Shown piece after piece: positions 1 through 10,389 of a stretch of 32,000 bases of DNA. The stretch lies in contig NZ_CP064923.1 of assembly GCF_018336915.1 (NCBI RefSeq), forward strand, positions 1,350,001 through 1,382,000. Direction: 5' to 3'. Position numbers and translations under genes: made by a program. The notes beneath the pieces were generated by a model that did no database searches, was not told the DNA's origin, and saw only the letters and a program-made list of their open reading frames with translations. This DNA is from Acaryochloris marina S15. Its GTDB lineage: Bacteria > Cyanobacteriota > Cyanobacteriia > Thermosynechococcales > Thermosynechococcaceae. Positions within the stretch are counted from its first letter, which is position 1, and each line of letters starts with the position of its first letter.

Positions 1-616
1 GGTTGAATTGATCTTCAATGGTTTCTAAGGCGAGGGTCTCTTTGCCATCCTTGATCGCTTTTTTGAAAAAATACTGATCAACGCCATTTTCAGGATTGAA
101 CTCTAATCGCTGTAGTTTCAACGTGATCAAGGTCAAAGAAAAGAACCAAGGCTTAAAACCGGAAAAAGCCTCAATTGGTAAGCCAATCTCTGATGCGGTG
201 GTTTTTGCTAGCTGATAGGTTTCTGGTGTCAGCCGATCTTGGAGGGTTTTGCCATCTTGAGCTGTAGCTTTCTCTAAGACGATGGATTGAGTTTTGCTGG
301 ATTCGAGTTCCCCCATGTTGACTTCAAATACTAACTTTTCGGCATCCTCATAGGCGTCATTGATCTGCTTCGCTAAGGGATAGTCTGATTCCTTTAATAG
401 GTGAATCGAACCTAGGAGGTAAACCGTATTCTGGGGGGATTTGACTTGCCAGAGAAACGTTTGCTCGGGTTGGGGCGCTTGAGGCTTAGAGGCGTTTGGG
501 GTTGGAGAGGGGGTGGGGCTGGTCGGTTTGTCGCCGCAAGCGCTGACTAATGTCAGCAGGGTGATGACCGCAATCCGGGACACATTTTTTCGGATTACGC
601 CATGAAGTTTATTCAT
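1..616 (-). CDS. TraB/GumN-family lipoprotein, N-terminal part (gene runs off the left edge of the window)
   Basis: Hand translation of the minus strand from the ATG at 616-614 gives MNKLHGVIRKNVSRIAVITLLTLVSACGDKPTSPTPSPTPN...FLWQVKSPQNTVYLLGSIHLLKESDYPLAKQINDAYEDAEKLVFEV. I checked every codon and the frame stays open to position 2. It has a lipobox-like LVSAC. The FLWqV / LLGSIHL / yPL / lvfE pattern matches my memory of GumN/TraB proteins. It is absent from the ORF track because it is truncated. Confidence 0.6.
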   Translation of the reverse strand, partial: MNKLHGVIRKNVSRIAVITLLTLVSACGDKPTSPTPSPTPNASKPQAPQPEQTFLWQVKSPQNTVYLLGSIHLLKESDYPLAKQINDAYEDAEKLVFEVNMGELESSKTQSIVLEKATAQDGKTLQDRLTPETYQLAKTTASEIGLPIEAFSGFKPWFFSLTLITLKLQRLEFNPENGVDQYFFKKAIKDGKETLALETIEDQFN

Positions 617-1064
617 TAGATTCCCCACTAAAGTTGAATTGAACTGAGAGTATTGGCATCAGTTTAAGCAACGTTCAATCTAGCATTTCAACTTTAGTAA
701 AGACCGTGAACCAATCAATAGGTCACCCCTTTGGCTACATAGGTACGGAGACAGAACCCACTGAACTTTGGATTTAGCCAAAAGGTTGGGGAAGTCAGGG
801 CTGGAACCTAGGGTTCTGGCTAAAGAGCATCCTGTTAGATTCGAGGCTACCTATTCATTGCTAAGCTGCTTTAGGGTTATTTAGAGACAGCAAAAGGAAT
901 GTTACGCTTGTGCGGAACTACTGCCTTTTAATACAAGGTTTTGAAGCTTTTGCGGTGTACGATAGACATGCACCGCTTAAGATTTATTTTAGGTGATGGC
1001 TTCACCAAAATGGTGCATTGGTTTATCGCACAAGCAGCCAATCCCCCAGTTGAATGATGAGTGA

Positions 1065-2372
<1,308 letters not shown>

Positions 2373-2422
2373 GCCGCTTTTCTTTGGTGAGCCTCATTCT
2401 TGAAAGTTTAACTCTCTGAAGC

Positions 2423-2453
2423 ACTCCAGTTCTCAATGAACTGGAGTTTTTTT
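2423..2453 (+). terminator. Rho-independent terminator downstream of petH
   Basis: Perfect 9-bp stem, actccagtt (2423-2431) pairing with aactggagt (2439-2447), with a 7-nt loop. A run of T's to 2453 follows directly. It lies 50 nt after the petH stop. Confidence 0.75.
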
Positions 2454-2576
2454 CAGGGTTACTAGATAGGGAAAGACCAAGATCGGATTTCTGGGGTTCG
2501 CTTTCTGAAGAAGATTGAGTAAAATCTAATCAGTTCAAGGCTAGCTGTCCTTGAATGCCGTTGCTTAACAAGAGGC

Positions 2577-2930
2577 TTGTCCATGGTTGCCAATATCTAT
2601 GATCCAGATAAACGCAAACTCCTGTCGTCTTTGAGTCATGGTTCAATTTTTCTGAGTGCCTTGGTATTATCCATCGGTATTCCACTGGTCATTTTGCTCG
2701 TGTCGGATGACCCAGTTGTCAAAGCAAATGCCAGAGAAGCGATTAACTTTCACGTCAATGTTTGGTTCTATGGCATCTTATTCGGCATCCTCTGTTGGGT
2801 TTTACTAGGATGGCCGCTGTTAGGTTTGTTATTTGTTGTGCAGTGGGTGATGCCAGTTTTAGCGATTCGCCATTGTCTACAGGACCCAGATGAACCTTAC
2901 AACTACTCATTCATTTTTCATGTGCTTTAG
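2577..2930 (+). CDS. small integral membrane protein, DUF4870-like
   Basis: 117 aa with a TTG start in the track (an ATG follows two codons later). It has three or four hydrophobic helices. The segment AREAINFHVNVWFYGIL resembles the a.eALNFqi motif I recall for DUF4870 proteins. Confidence 0.6.
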   Translation: MSMVANIYDPDKRKLLSSLSHGSIFLSALVLSIGIPLVILLVSDDPVVKANAREAINFHVNVWFYGILFGILCWVLLGWPLLGLLFVVQWVMPVLAIRHCLQDPDEPYNYSFIFHVL

Positions 2931-2972
2931 GCCGTGATTTCTCTGGCCGACATAGGCTGATTGCCCTCAATG

Positions 2973-3182
2973 TTAGGTGTCGCGCCGATCAGTCCAATTG
3001 CATGCGGGGCAATGGCAGTTGCCAATTGCCCGTTCTGTGATGTGGATTTTAGTTTTGCACTCTGGACACTGACCGGTGAAAAAAGGATGGGTCATGATCA
3101 GTCGCACTTGTTCCATATAAGACAATTGGGACAACATATAGCTCAAGGACGGAGGCATGATTTGATCAGGATGGTTAGACAC
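2973..3182 (-). CDS. small zinc-ribbon-like protein (hypothetical)
   Basis: 69 aa ORF with paired CxxC motifs, CPEC-x15-CPAC. It overlaps an equally long plus-strand ORF (2961-3191). I prefer the minus strand only because of the zinc-ribbon pattern and a more protein-like composition. Confidence 0.4.
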   Translation of the reverse strand: MSNHPDQIMPPSLSYMLSQLSYMEQVRLIMTHPFFTGQCPECKTKIHITERAIGNCHCPACNWTDRRDT

Positions 3183-3507
3183 GGTCTTTAGGGGTTGGTT
3201 CTAGAGAAATACAAACCCGCAGGAGAAAACGTTCGCTTCGTAGCGTTAAGGTATCGATTTCTTTTCGCAGAGTATATATATAATCTGTCCGATCTACACC
3301 GAGAACCACCACTGAGAAACTACTGAATTCCTATACATGAGCGGGATTTGTAATGCTTCATAGTTTCCGGGGATATACGGATAGGGGAAGAGAATGAAAA
3401 ATTTAGCTGAATTGCTGCAGCCAAATCCTCTCTTGGCTGATCTGATATAAATTACGCACGATGGCAGGCAGCTAAGATGACAGATATTGAATGCAAAGGC
3501 ATGAGGG

Positions 3508-5091
3508 ATGAAAGACCTAGCGGCTGTCGAACAGGCATTTAAACGGCTTCAAGCTCAGTTATGTGATCGCTGGCAGGAGATTGAAACTGTAGATACGGGG
3601 CATTCCGATATTTTGGTAATTCCCTCGTTTAGTGTGGATCAACAAGAGCTGCAAAAGATTGATGGGTTTTTGCATTACGAGGAGCGGCTCCTGTTTTCGC
3701 TGATCCGGCTTCGTGATCCGAAAACCCGCTTGATTTATGTGACATCCCAACCGCTGCCGCCGATTGTGATTGATTATTATCTCCAGCTTTTACCAGGCAT
3801 TCCGTTTTCCCATGCCCGAGATCGCTTGTTGCTATTGCCCATTTACGATCAGTCTCTTAAGCCCCTCAGCCAGAAGATTCTAGAACGGCCTCGATTGATG
3901 GAGCGAATTCGGCATTCTATGCGACCAGGTTGTTCCTACATGATCTGCTTTAACTCGACGGACTTAGAACGGGAAATTTCGGTCAAACTCAATATTCCTC
4001 TATTGGCTGCTGATCCAACCCTTTTACATTTAGGGACGAAAAGTGGGAGTCGGCAGGTCTTTGCGGAGTGTGGTATTCCTCATCCTGATGGCAGCCTGTT
4101 GGTGTGGGATACGGAAGCACTCATAGAGGCGGCAGTTGCCCTCTGGCAGCGTCAGCCCCAGCTTCAACGGATGGTCGTTAAGCTGAATGAGGGCTTTTCT
4201 GGAGAGGGAAATGCGTTGCTGGATCTGCGGAATGTTGGGGATATTGAGACGTCAGAAAAAAGACGAAACGTGATTTGCGATCGCATCCCCCATCTCACCT
4301 TTGAATCTCCCACGGAAACTTGGTCTCATTTTTGCGATCGCATCCCCAAACTCGGTGCGATTGTTGAAGCTTTTATTGAAGGGGAATATAAGACCTCTCC
4401 CAGTGTCCAGGGCCAAATTACCCCTAATGGCGAAGTAGAAATTCTTTCAACCCATGATCAGATTTTAGGGGGGCCTAATCAACAAATTTATTTAGGGTGC
4501 CGGTTTCCCGCTTCAGAAGAGTATCGCCTCCGACTTCAGCAGTTGGGCCTCAAAGTCGGTGAGAATCTGGCCAAAAAAGGGGTGCTGGAGCGATATGGGG
4601 TTGATTTTGTCGTAGCCAAGCGCATTTTGGCGGATGGGAGTACCCATTGGGATGTCCAAGCCATTGAAATTAACCTGAGAAAAGGGGGCACGACGCATCC
4701 CTTTATGACTCTGAAACTGCTGACCAATGGCCTTTATGACATGCATAGTGGCTTGTTCTTTGGCCAACAAGGGTTACCGAAGTACTATGTGGCCTCGGAT
4801 AATCTTTGTGAATCTTCCTATCAAGGATTATTACCAGACGACTTGATGGATATTATCGCCCGCCACCATCTCCATTTTGATACGGGAAGTGAGATGGGTA
4901 CGGTTTTTCATCTGATGGGCTGTTTGTCCGAGTTTGGCAAAGTCGGTCTGACCAGTATTGCTAATTCACCAGAACAGGCAGACACGATTTATAACCAGGT
5001 GATTGAGATTTTGAACCAAGAGACCCAGCCACCCACTCAGACCCAAGACACTGATCCGACCCTACCGATTGGTTGGAGTATCGGTAGTTGA
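3508..5091 (+). CDS. ATP-grasp superfamily ligase-like protein (PGM1-type peptide / carboxylate-amine ligase-like), function unknown
   Basis: 527 aa ORF with ATP-grasp-like elements: MVVKLNEGFSGEGNALL (glycine-rich loop region), IVEAFIEGEYKTSPSVQ, and AIEINLRKGGTTHP (catalytic-loop region). Confidence 0.6.
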   Translation: MKDLAAVEQAFKRLQAQLCDRWQEIETVDTGHSDILVIPSFSVDQQELQKIDGFLHYEERLLFSLIRLRDPKTRLIYVTSQPLPPIVIDYYLQLLPGIPFSHARDRLLLLPIYDQSLKPLSQKILERPRLMERIRHSMRPGCSYMICFNSTDLEREISVKLNIPLLAADPTLLHLGTKSGSRQVFAECGIPHPDGSLLVWDTEALIEAAVALWQRQPQLQRMVVKLNEGFSGEGNALLDLRNVGDIETSEKRRNVICDRIPHLTFESPTETWSHFCDRIPKLGAIVEAFIEGEYKTSPSVQGQITPNGEVEILSTHDQILGGPNQQIYLGCRFPASEEYRLRLQQLGLKVGENLAKKGVLERYGVDFVVAKRILADGSTHWDVQAIEINLRKGGTTHPFMTLKLLTNGLYDMHSGLFFGQQGLPKYYVASDNLCESSYQGLLPDDLMDIIARHHLHFDTGSEMGTVFHLMGCLSEFGKVGLTSIANSPEQADTIYNQVIEILNQETQPPTQTQDTDPTLPIGWSIGS

Positions 5092-5235
5092 TAGGCGTTG
5101 GGGGCTTCCTTGCCCGCAGATTCCTGTCTAACGTTTCAACCTGTGGCTGAACCCATGGGTAACTACGATATTCTCCCTCTCGACCCAAAAACTCAATCCA
5201 TCAGTCTACTGCAGTATGAGGTTAGATTAGAAAAA

Positions 5236-5574
5236 ATGGGCACACTGGGTAGACTGATGGCGAGACATCAAATGCAAATTAGAAAACCTGGCATAGTAGT
5301 CCCAATAGTTTATTTTGGCATCACCATTGGTTTGATTACGCCTGTACAAGCTATACCAACAGCGTCTCAGGGATTTTTCGATACTCAGAATGCTGCAGAA
5401 GAGTTTTTTGACATTGGCCGTGAGCGCTTGCAGCGCGAGATTAAACTCTTGGAACAGAAACGAAGTCAGCGTTCAGAGAAAATTCTCAAAATCGATGAAA
5501 AAACGAAACTCAATGAAAAAGAGCTGGAGAATTGGGATGACTTACATCCTCAACACCAGCTCCGTCAACAGTAG
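5236..5574 (+). CDS. hypothetical signal-anchored coiled-coil protein
   Basis: The track ORF is 5098-5574. I place the start at the internal ATG at 5236 (MGTLGRLMARHQMQIRKPGIVVPIVYFGITIGLITPVQA...), which gives a basic N-region plus a hydrophobic helix. A charged coiled-coil-like tail follows (FFDIGRERLQREIKLLEQKRS...). The start is uncertain. Confidence 0.35.
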   Translation: MGTLGRLMARHQMQIRKPGIVVPIVYFGITIGLITPVQAIPTASQGFFDTQNAAEEFFDIGRERLQREIKLLEQKRSQRSEKILKIDEKTKLNEKELENWDDLHPQHQLRQQ

Positions 5575-5585
5575 ATGAATTGAAA

Positions 5586-6473
5586 CTAGCCAAGGCGGCG
5601 GTAGAGTAGCTTTTGAATGCTTAGGAGTGCGAGGGCATCAAATCCGAATAGCAGTAATAAAGAACCCGCTAGGCTTACAGATCCCCAAGGTGCTTCCATC
5701 ACAACGCTAGTGAAGCTCCAGTCGTTATGGAGATAAAGGTAACGAATCGGCTCAATGGCGAAGCTGAGGGGATTCAAGCTTGCCACCACCTGTAGCCAAG
5801 TGGGCATAAAGGTTAAGGGGACTAAAGCTGTGCTGGCAAACAGCAGAGGCAAATTCGTGACAAAGATAACGGCAATTAGTTCGATGTGACCCGGTAATGC
5901 AAAGGAAAGTCCCAGGCTAAGGGCTGTCACGCCTAAAACTAGGAGTAAAACAATGAGAGCAACAATGGCTAAACCCACCGTATTGGGTAAACCAGCTCCC
6001 ATAAAGAAGCTCAGAGCCATAATCGCTAGGGTTTGGACCAAACTTAAGGTGGTGATGAAAATCGCTGATGCCATCACGATGGAAAAGCGGGATGCCAGGG
6101 GAGCCACCAGCAGTCGGTTCAAGAACCCAAATTCCCGGTCAAACATGACAGGGAGACCCGCATTTAAAGCGCCACTAAAGGCCGTAAACACAATGACGCC
6201 TGCGCTGAGGAACTGGCCATAGCTTTGGCTCGTTCCGAATAGGCCTTCCGGTACATTTTTAAACAGGGCGCCAAACAGAACCAACCACATCAAAGGCTGA
6301 ATAATGCCAGCAATTAAGGTGGTGGGGCGTCGCTTCAGTTGAATGAACAGACGGCGGGTTAGGGCGACCGTCTCTTGTAAAAATTCGCCAGAAACAATGC
6401 CAGGAGTTGTCAATAAATCGGCTTGAACACCTGAGTCAGCGATTGAGTTGGTGTTAGCGGAGGTGGTGGTCAT
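5586..6473 (-). CDS. ABC-2 type transporter permease
   Basis: 295 aa with about six hydrophobic helices. The N-terminal RRLFIQLKRRPTTLIAGIIQPLMWLVLFG segment is typical of ABC-2 permeases. It lies directly downstream of an ABC ATPase on the same strand. Confidence 0.8.
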   Translation of the reverse strand: MTTTSANTNSIADSGVQADLLTTPGIVSGEFLQETVALTRRLFIQLKRRPTTLIAGIIQPLMWLVLFGALFKNVPEGLFGTSQSYGQFLSAGVIVFTAFSGALNAGLPVMFDREFGFLNRLLVAPLASRFSIVMASAIFITTLSLVQTLAIMALSFFMGAGLPNTVGLAIVALIVLLLVLGVTALSLGLSFALPGHIELIAVIFVTNLPLLFASTALVPLTFMPTWLQVVASLNPLSFAIEPIRYLYLHNDWSFTSVVMEAPWGSVSLAGSLLLLFGFDALALLSIQKLLYRRLG

Positions 6474-6555
6474 AACAAAGTTTTAAAAGTTGGTATCTAG
6501 ATTCAGAAAAAGTTGAGGACCTACCGACGGCCAGTTGATCCTGATTGATAGGGAG

Positions 6556-7575
6556 CTAACGCATATTTTCTTTGCGTTCTTTTTTGCGATCGCGGGTGCC
6601 TGCTGCTGCCATTTCAGCATCCAATAAAGTTCGACCTGTGGCAGCCAGATAAACATCGTCCAAACTCGGACGGGCTTGGGCAATGCTGAAGATGGGCAAC
6701 CCGGCCTCTTTAAGGGCAGTTTGAATATTTAACAGGGCATCTCCTTGGGAAGAGACCACCATATTGAGTGAGTTGCCTTGGGCAGGGTTAATAATCACAT
6801 CCTGAACAAAGGGCAAGGCGGTGGTCATTTCCTGGGCCTGTTGTGCCTCTTGATCTGGGGTGAACTCCCGAATCTTAAGGGTGACTCGATCTCCCCCAAC
6901 TTGGTCTTTAAGTTCCGTGGGAGCTCCTTCGGCAATCACGGTACCTTGGTCAATGATGGCGACGCGATCGGCAAGGGCATCGATCTCTTCTAAATAATGG
7001 CTAGTCAGCAGAATCGTTGTGCCTCGCTCTCGCAGCCCTTGCAGGAAGTCCCAGATCACGACCCGACTTTCAATATCTAACCCTACGGTGGGTTCATCTA
7101 AAACTAAGACAGCCGGCGCATGCAAGAGACCAGCTGCCAGGTCTAGACGTTTACGAATGCCGCCAGAATAGGTTCCTGTTTTAGTGTCCGCCCAACTTTG
7201 TAAATCCAGAAGCGTTAAAACTTTTTCTACCTGGTCAGCAATCGTTTTGGCAGGTAAATGATAGAGGGCCGCTTGCAGTTGCAGCAATTCACGACCGGTT
7301 AGGACTTTATCCAGGGCTACTTCTTGGGCAATATATCCCAACAGTTGACGGGCAGCTCTGGGATATTTTCGCACAGAGACCCCATTCACCTCGATGTTGC
7401 CACCATCAGGTGTGGCTAAGCTGCATAGGCAACGCAAGGTTGTGGTTTTACCAGCACCATTGGGTCCTAGCAAGCCAAAAATCTCTCCCGGTTGAATTTG
7501 AAAGGAGACATCTTTAACTGCTTCAACCTTGCCGTAGGATTTTTTTAGGTTTTGGATGAGAACAGCAGGAGCCAT
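6556..7575 (-). CDS. ABC transporter ATP-binding protein (DrrA/ABC-2 exporter type)
   Basis: 339 aa with Walker A GPNGAGKTT, ABC signature YSGGIRKRL, Walker B VLVLDEPTVGLD and H-loop TSHYLEE. Confidence 0.9.
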   Translation of the reverse strand: MAPAVLIQNLKKSYGKVEAVKDVSFQIQPGEIFGLLGPNGAGKTTTLRCLCSLATPDGGNIEVNGVSVRKYPRAARQLLGYIAQEVALDKVLTGRELLQLQAALYHLPAKTIADQVEKVLTLLDLQSWADTKTGTYSGGIRKRLDLAAGLLHAPAVLVLDEPTVGLDIESRVVIWDFLQGLRERGTTILLTSHYLEEIDALADRVAIIDQGTVIAEGAPTELKDQVGGDRVTLKIREFTPDQEAQQAQEMTTALPFVQDVIINPAQGNSLNMVVSSQGDALLNIQTALKEAGLPIFSIAQARPSLDDVYLAATGRTLLDAEMAAAGTRDRKKERKENMR

Positions 7576-7905
7576 ATAATCACAAATCTCAACAGGCAGT
7601 CTTTCTTATTTTATTACTGTGTCTACGATGCAATGGCATGAATCTTAGAAATTGCTAGTTGAGATTGGAGTTTTTGGGGCCATTCGCCACGAATGACTCC
7701 CGTTTATAAGGTTATAAATCGACGATATCTAGTCGGAATAAAGACATTGGATTATCAACGGCCTCTTTTTCTTCTTATCCTTTGTTTTAGGCAGCTTAAG
7801 TCTGTTTTTTGCTTAATATCGCCATAAGGCTTTAGGGAGAGAGGCACCTGTTAATCTGGCTAAAAAAAATTTAGATGGGGTAAATTCAGCATGAATTTTA
7901 TGACT

Positions 7906-8880
7906 TTAACCAATACTGGGTATCCAAGCTTGCAGGATATGAGTGGAGTGGTGCCACATCTGTTGAGTCCAGGGCAAGCTATCCACTCCCATGCCTGCGC
8001 AGAGCAGCATCATGTACAGAATCGAAAACTTAAAGACTGACCGGGCCATTTGCTTATCTTCTGGTGTTTGAGTCAGCTGCCAGGCTTTGTGAATAAACTG
8101 GGCCCAGAGCACAATGGCAATCGATGCGTATAGCGGGCCAGACACCTGTAAGGGATAGACCAGTAACAAAGTAACCGGTAACAACAGTAGCGTGTAGATA
8201 AAGGTTTGATTGGCAGTGGTGGCCATGCCTTTAACCACGGGCATCATGGGAACGCCAACTTTGGAGTAGTCCTCTTCAATCATCATGGCGAGAGGCCAAA
8301 AATGGGGTGGCGTCCAGATGAAAATGATGGCAAACAGTACCCAAGCCGCCCAGCTCAATTCTCCTGTGACAGCAGCCCAGCCAACTAAGGGCGGAATAGC
8401 CCCTGCAGCACCCCCAATGACAATGTTTTGGGTGGATGAGCGCTTGAGCCAGTAGGTATAGACGCCGATATAAACAGCGATACCCGCCATCGCTAGGCAT
8501 GCACTGAGGAGGTTCGCTCCAAAGTCCAAGAGCAGAAAGGCTATTAGAGCTAATGCTGCTGCAAAGATGCTGGCCTGCCAGACTTGGATTCGCCCAGAAG
8601 GAAGAGGACGATGCCGGGTTCGCTCCATGATGTAATCGATGTCGCGATCGTAAATACAGTTGATGGTATTCGCCGACCCTGCAGCACAAGCGCCTGCTAG
8701 CAAAGTCGTCAAAAATAATCTTGGGCCGACTTGTCCAGAGGAAGCAACCCACATAGCAGCTGCTGTTGTAATTAAGAACAACAGAATCAGCCGGGGTTTC
8801 GTCAGTTGATAGAAATCGATGCAGGTCTGAGCAAAACCAGGATGAAGCCAAGGAACCTCAGCCCATACGGTTTTTTGCAT
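7906..8880 (-). CDS. ctaB: protoheme IX farnesyltransferase (heme O synthase)
   Basis: 324 aa polytopic membrane protein. It has the UbiA-type motifs NCIYDRDIDYIMERTRHRPLPSG and the TKPRLILL start. It is adjacent to ctaA and the ctaCDE operon. Confidence 0.9.
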   Translation of the reverse strand: MQKTVWAEVPWLHPGFAQTCIDFYQLTKPRLILLFLITTAAAMWVASSGQVGPRLFLTTLLAGACAAGSANTINCIYDRDIDYIMERTRHRPLPSGRIQVWQASIFAAALALIAFLLLDFGANLLSACLAMAGIAVYIGVYTYWLKRSSTQNIVIGGAAGAIPPLVGWAAVTGELSWAAWVLFAIIFIWTPPHFWPLAMMIEEDYSKVGVPMMPVVKGMATTANQTFIYTLLLLPVTLLLVYPLQVSGPLYASIAIVLWAQFIHKAWQLTQTPEDKQMARSVFKFSILYMMLLCAGMGVDSLPWTQQMWHHSTHILQAWIPSIG

Positions 8881-8941
8881 ATTTAAGCCTCTGAATAAAT
8901 TCCAAGATGGGGCAAGACGATAAAAATGAGTGTGAGAATGA

Positions 8942-9913
8942 TTAAGAAGGCTCTAAGGAGCCTGCCATTCTGATGGGCACGGTGTGTAAGGGCTGAACAT
9001 ATTCGGCCTGGTGACGATCCCGAATCGCGATAACGCTGAAGATCACTAAGGTGCCTAATAAAGTCGCTCCAATTGCCTGATGGGCAACAGTTAAACCTAC
9101 CACTTGTAGATGTAATCTTAGGGTCGATATGCCGACTAAGATTTGTAGGCTTAGCAAGCCTAAAGCAAGTTTCCCCAATCCCCTTAAACGCGGATGAAGT
9201 GCTGGGGTTCGCCAAGCCAAAAACACCAGCGCTAGAACAGCTAAGGTGGGAGGAACAACCCCAATAAAGTGGTTATACATAATCCGGCAGAGCTTTGCCC
9301 CTGCCAAACATTGGTGAGCAGCCCAACGAGAAGCGACTAAGCCACCGAGAATACTCTGGAAATAGATGAGGACTCCGGCTAGAGTGCTGAGCCAAGGCAA
9401 TCGATCAACCACTCCCGTTCCCTGATAGGGCATCAAACTACTGCCCAGCACCAACATGCTGCTAAAAAAGAGCAATCCCGTTGCCAAATGAGCGGTCACA
9501 ATATCGAATCGTAATAGTTGAGTGACCGTTAACCCTCCTAAAACGCCTTGGAAGATAATGAGTCCAAGACACAGGGTTGTCACGACCGGCACCCATTTGG
9601 GGAGTTGGGATTTCCACCGCCAGGTTGCTCCCACTAATGCCATCATCAATAGGCCAAGGGAGGAGGCAATCAGACGGTGAAACCACTCCAGAAAAACCTG
9701 GAGATTCATTTGGTCCTTGGGAATCAGCTCTCCGTAGCATAAGGGCCAATCTGGACAAGATAGCCCTGCATTCATCACCCGGGTTGCACTGCCTAAGGCC
9801 ATCAAAAACAGTGTCAATAGGGCCATGGCGAAAAATGCATAGCTGAAGAGCTGAGAAGGCGTTCTTCTCACTGAATGGGCACCTGGGGAGTGGGTCTGTA
9901 GTATGTCGGCCAT
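8942..9913 (-). CDS. ctaA: heme A synthase (COX15/CtaA family)
   Basis: 323 aa polytopic protein with the CPDWPLCYG motif and conserved His in the helices (EWFHRL, TAHL, VAHQ). It lies immediately upstream of ctaB on the same strand. Confidence 0.85.
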   Translation of the reverse strand: MADILQTHSPGAHSVRRTPSQLFSYAFFAMALLTLFLMALGSATRVMNAGLSCPDWPLCYGELIPKDQMNLQVFLEWFHRLIASSLGLLMMALVGATWRWKSQLPKWVPVVTTLCLGLIIFQGVLGGLTVTQLLRFDIVTAHLATGLLFFSSMLVLGSSLMPYQGTGVVDRLPWLSTLAGVLIYFQSILGGLVASRWAAHQCLAGAKLCRIMYNHFIGVVPPTLAVLALVFLAWRTPALHPRLRGLGKLALGLLSLQILVGISTLRLHLQVVGLTVAHQAIGATLLGTLVIFSVIAIRDRHQAEYVQPLHTVPIRMAGSLEPS

Positions 9914-10389
9914 GGATTATGTCAACAACGATAGGAAGAGGAGTGTAACCACATCAATGGTTATTAACTTTTAATAGTTCGCTACTAATAGGGATCTATC
10001 GAAGCTTGGTCAGGATAGATATACTGTAACCACTATTTCCCTGAGGCTGGAATGGTCTGAAACATATTGCTATACAAGTGTTGCAGCTTGCTTGACACTG
10101 TTGCAGATATTACCTTTTTTTAAGGGTTCTACTGAAAGGTAGAAAGACATTGACTTTTGTAAGGAAACTTTAAGGTACAGTTATCTCCAAATCTAGAATC
10201 AACTGCCAAGATGGAAGTATCTGTTGTCTTGTCAGGATCCCAAAGAAAAGCCTAAGACTGCTGATCAGAGTTCCACCTTACCGAGTGAGCTGATCTACCG
10301 TAGTAGGTGATGTTGAAGGTTCTGAATAGGTGTTTAAGGCTCCTTATTGTTTGGCCTGATGTCCGCTCTATCACTACAGGAAAATCACT
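9914..10389. promoter_or_regulatory. divergent intergenic region between ctaA-ctaB and ctaC-ctaD-ctaE (presumed bidirectional promoter region)
   Basis: 476 bp non-coding gap between divergently oriented start codons of functionally linked operons. I could not identify individual -10/-35 elements with confidence. Confidence 0.4.

Noticed and set aside
968-1057. A 29-codon upstream ORF (MHRLRFILGDGFTKMVHWFIAQAANPPVE) lies in the petH leader.
   Set aside because: There is no supporting evidence beyond an ATG and a stop. Short ORFs of this size occur by chance. I mention it only as something to check if the petH 5' leader is studied.
2961-3191. A 76-aa plus-strand ORF overlaps the minus-strand zinc-ribbon ORF.
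   Set aside because: Only one of the two overlapping ORFs is likely real. The minus-strand product has a paired CxxC zinc-ribbon pattern, while the plus-strand product has no recognisable feature. I kept the minus-strand call, with low confidence.
5098-5235. The track shows an N-terminal extension (MGASLPADSC...) of the 5098-5574 ORF.
   Set aside because: The extension starts 7 nt after the upstream stop and has no signal-like or conserved feature. The internal ATG at 5236 yields a sensible signal-anchor. The start remains uncertain.
6483-6683. A 66-aa ORF bridges the ABC ATPase and permease genes.
   Set aside because: It overlaps the 3' end of the well-supported ATPase gene in another frame, so it is most likely spurious.
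8276-8851. A 191-aa same-strand alternative-frame ORF lies inside ctaB. Similar internal ORFs occur in ctaA (8883-9215, 9462-9758) and ctaD.
   Set aside because: They are frame shadows inside genes with unambiguous homology-type motifs. Their Ser/Cys/Arg-rich compositions are typical of off-frame translation.
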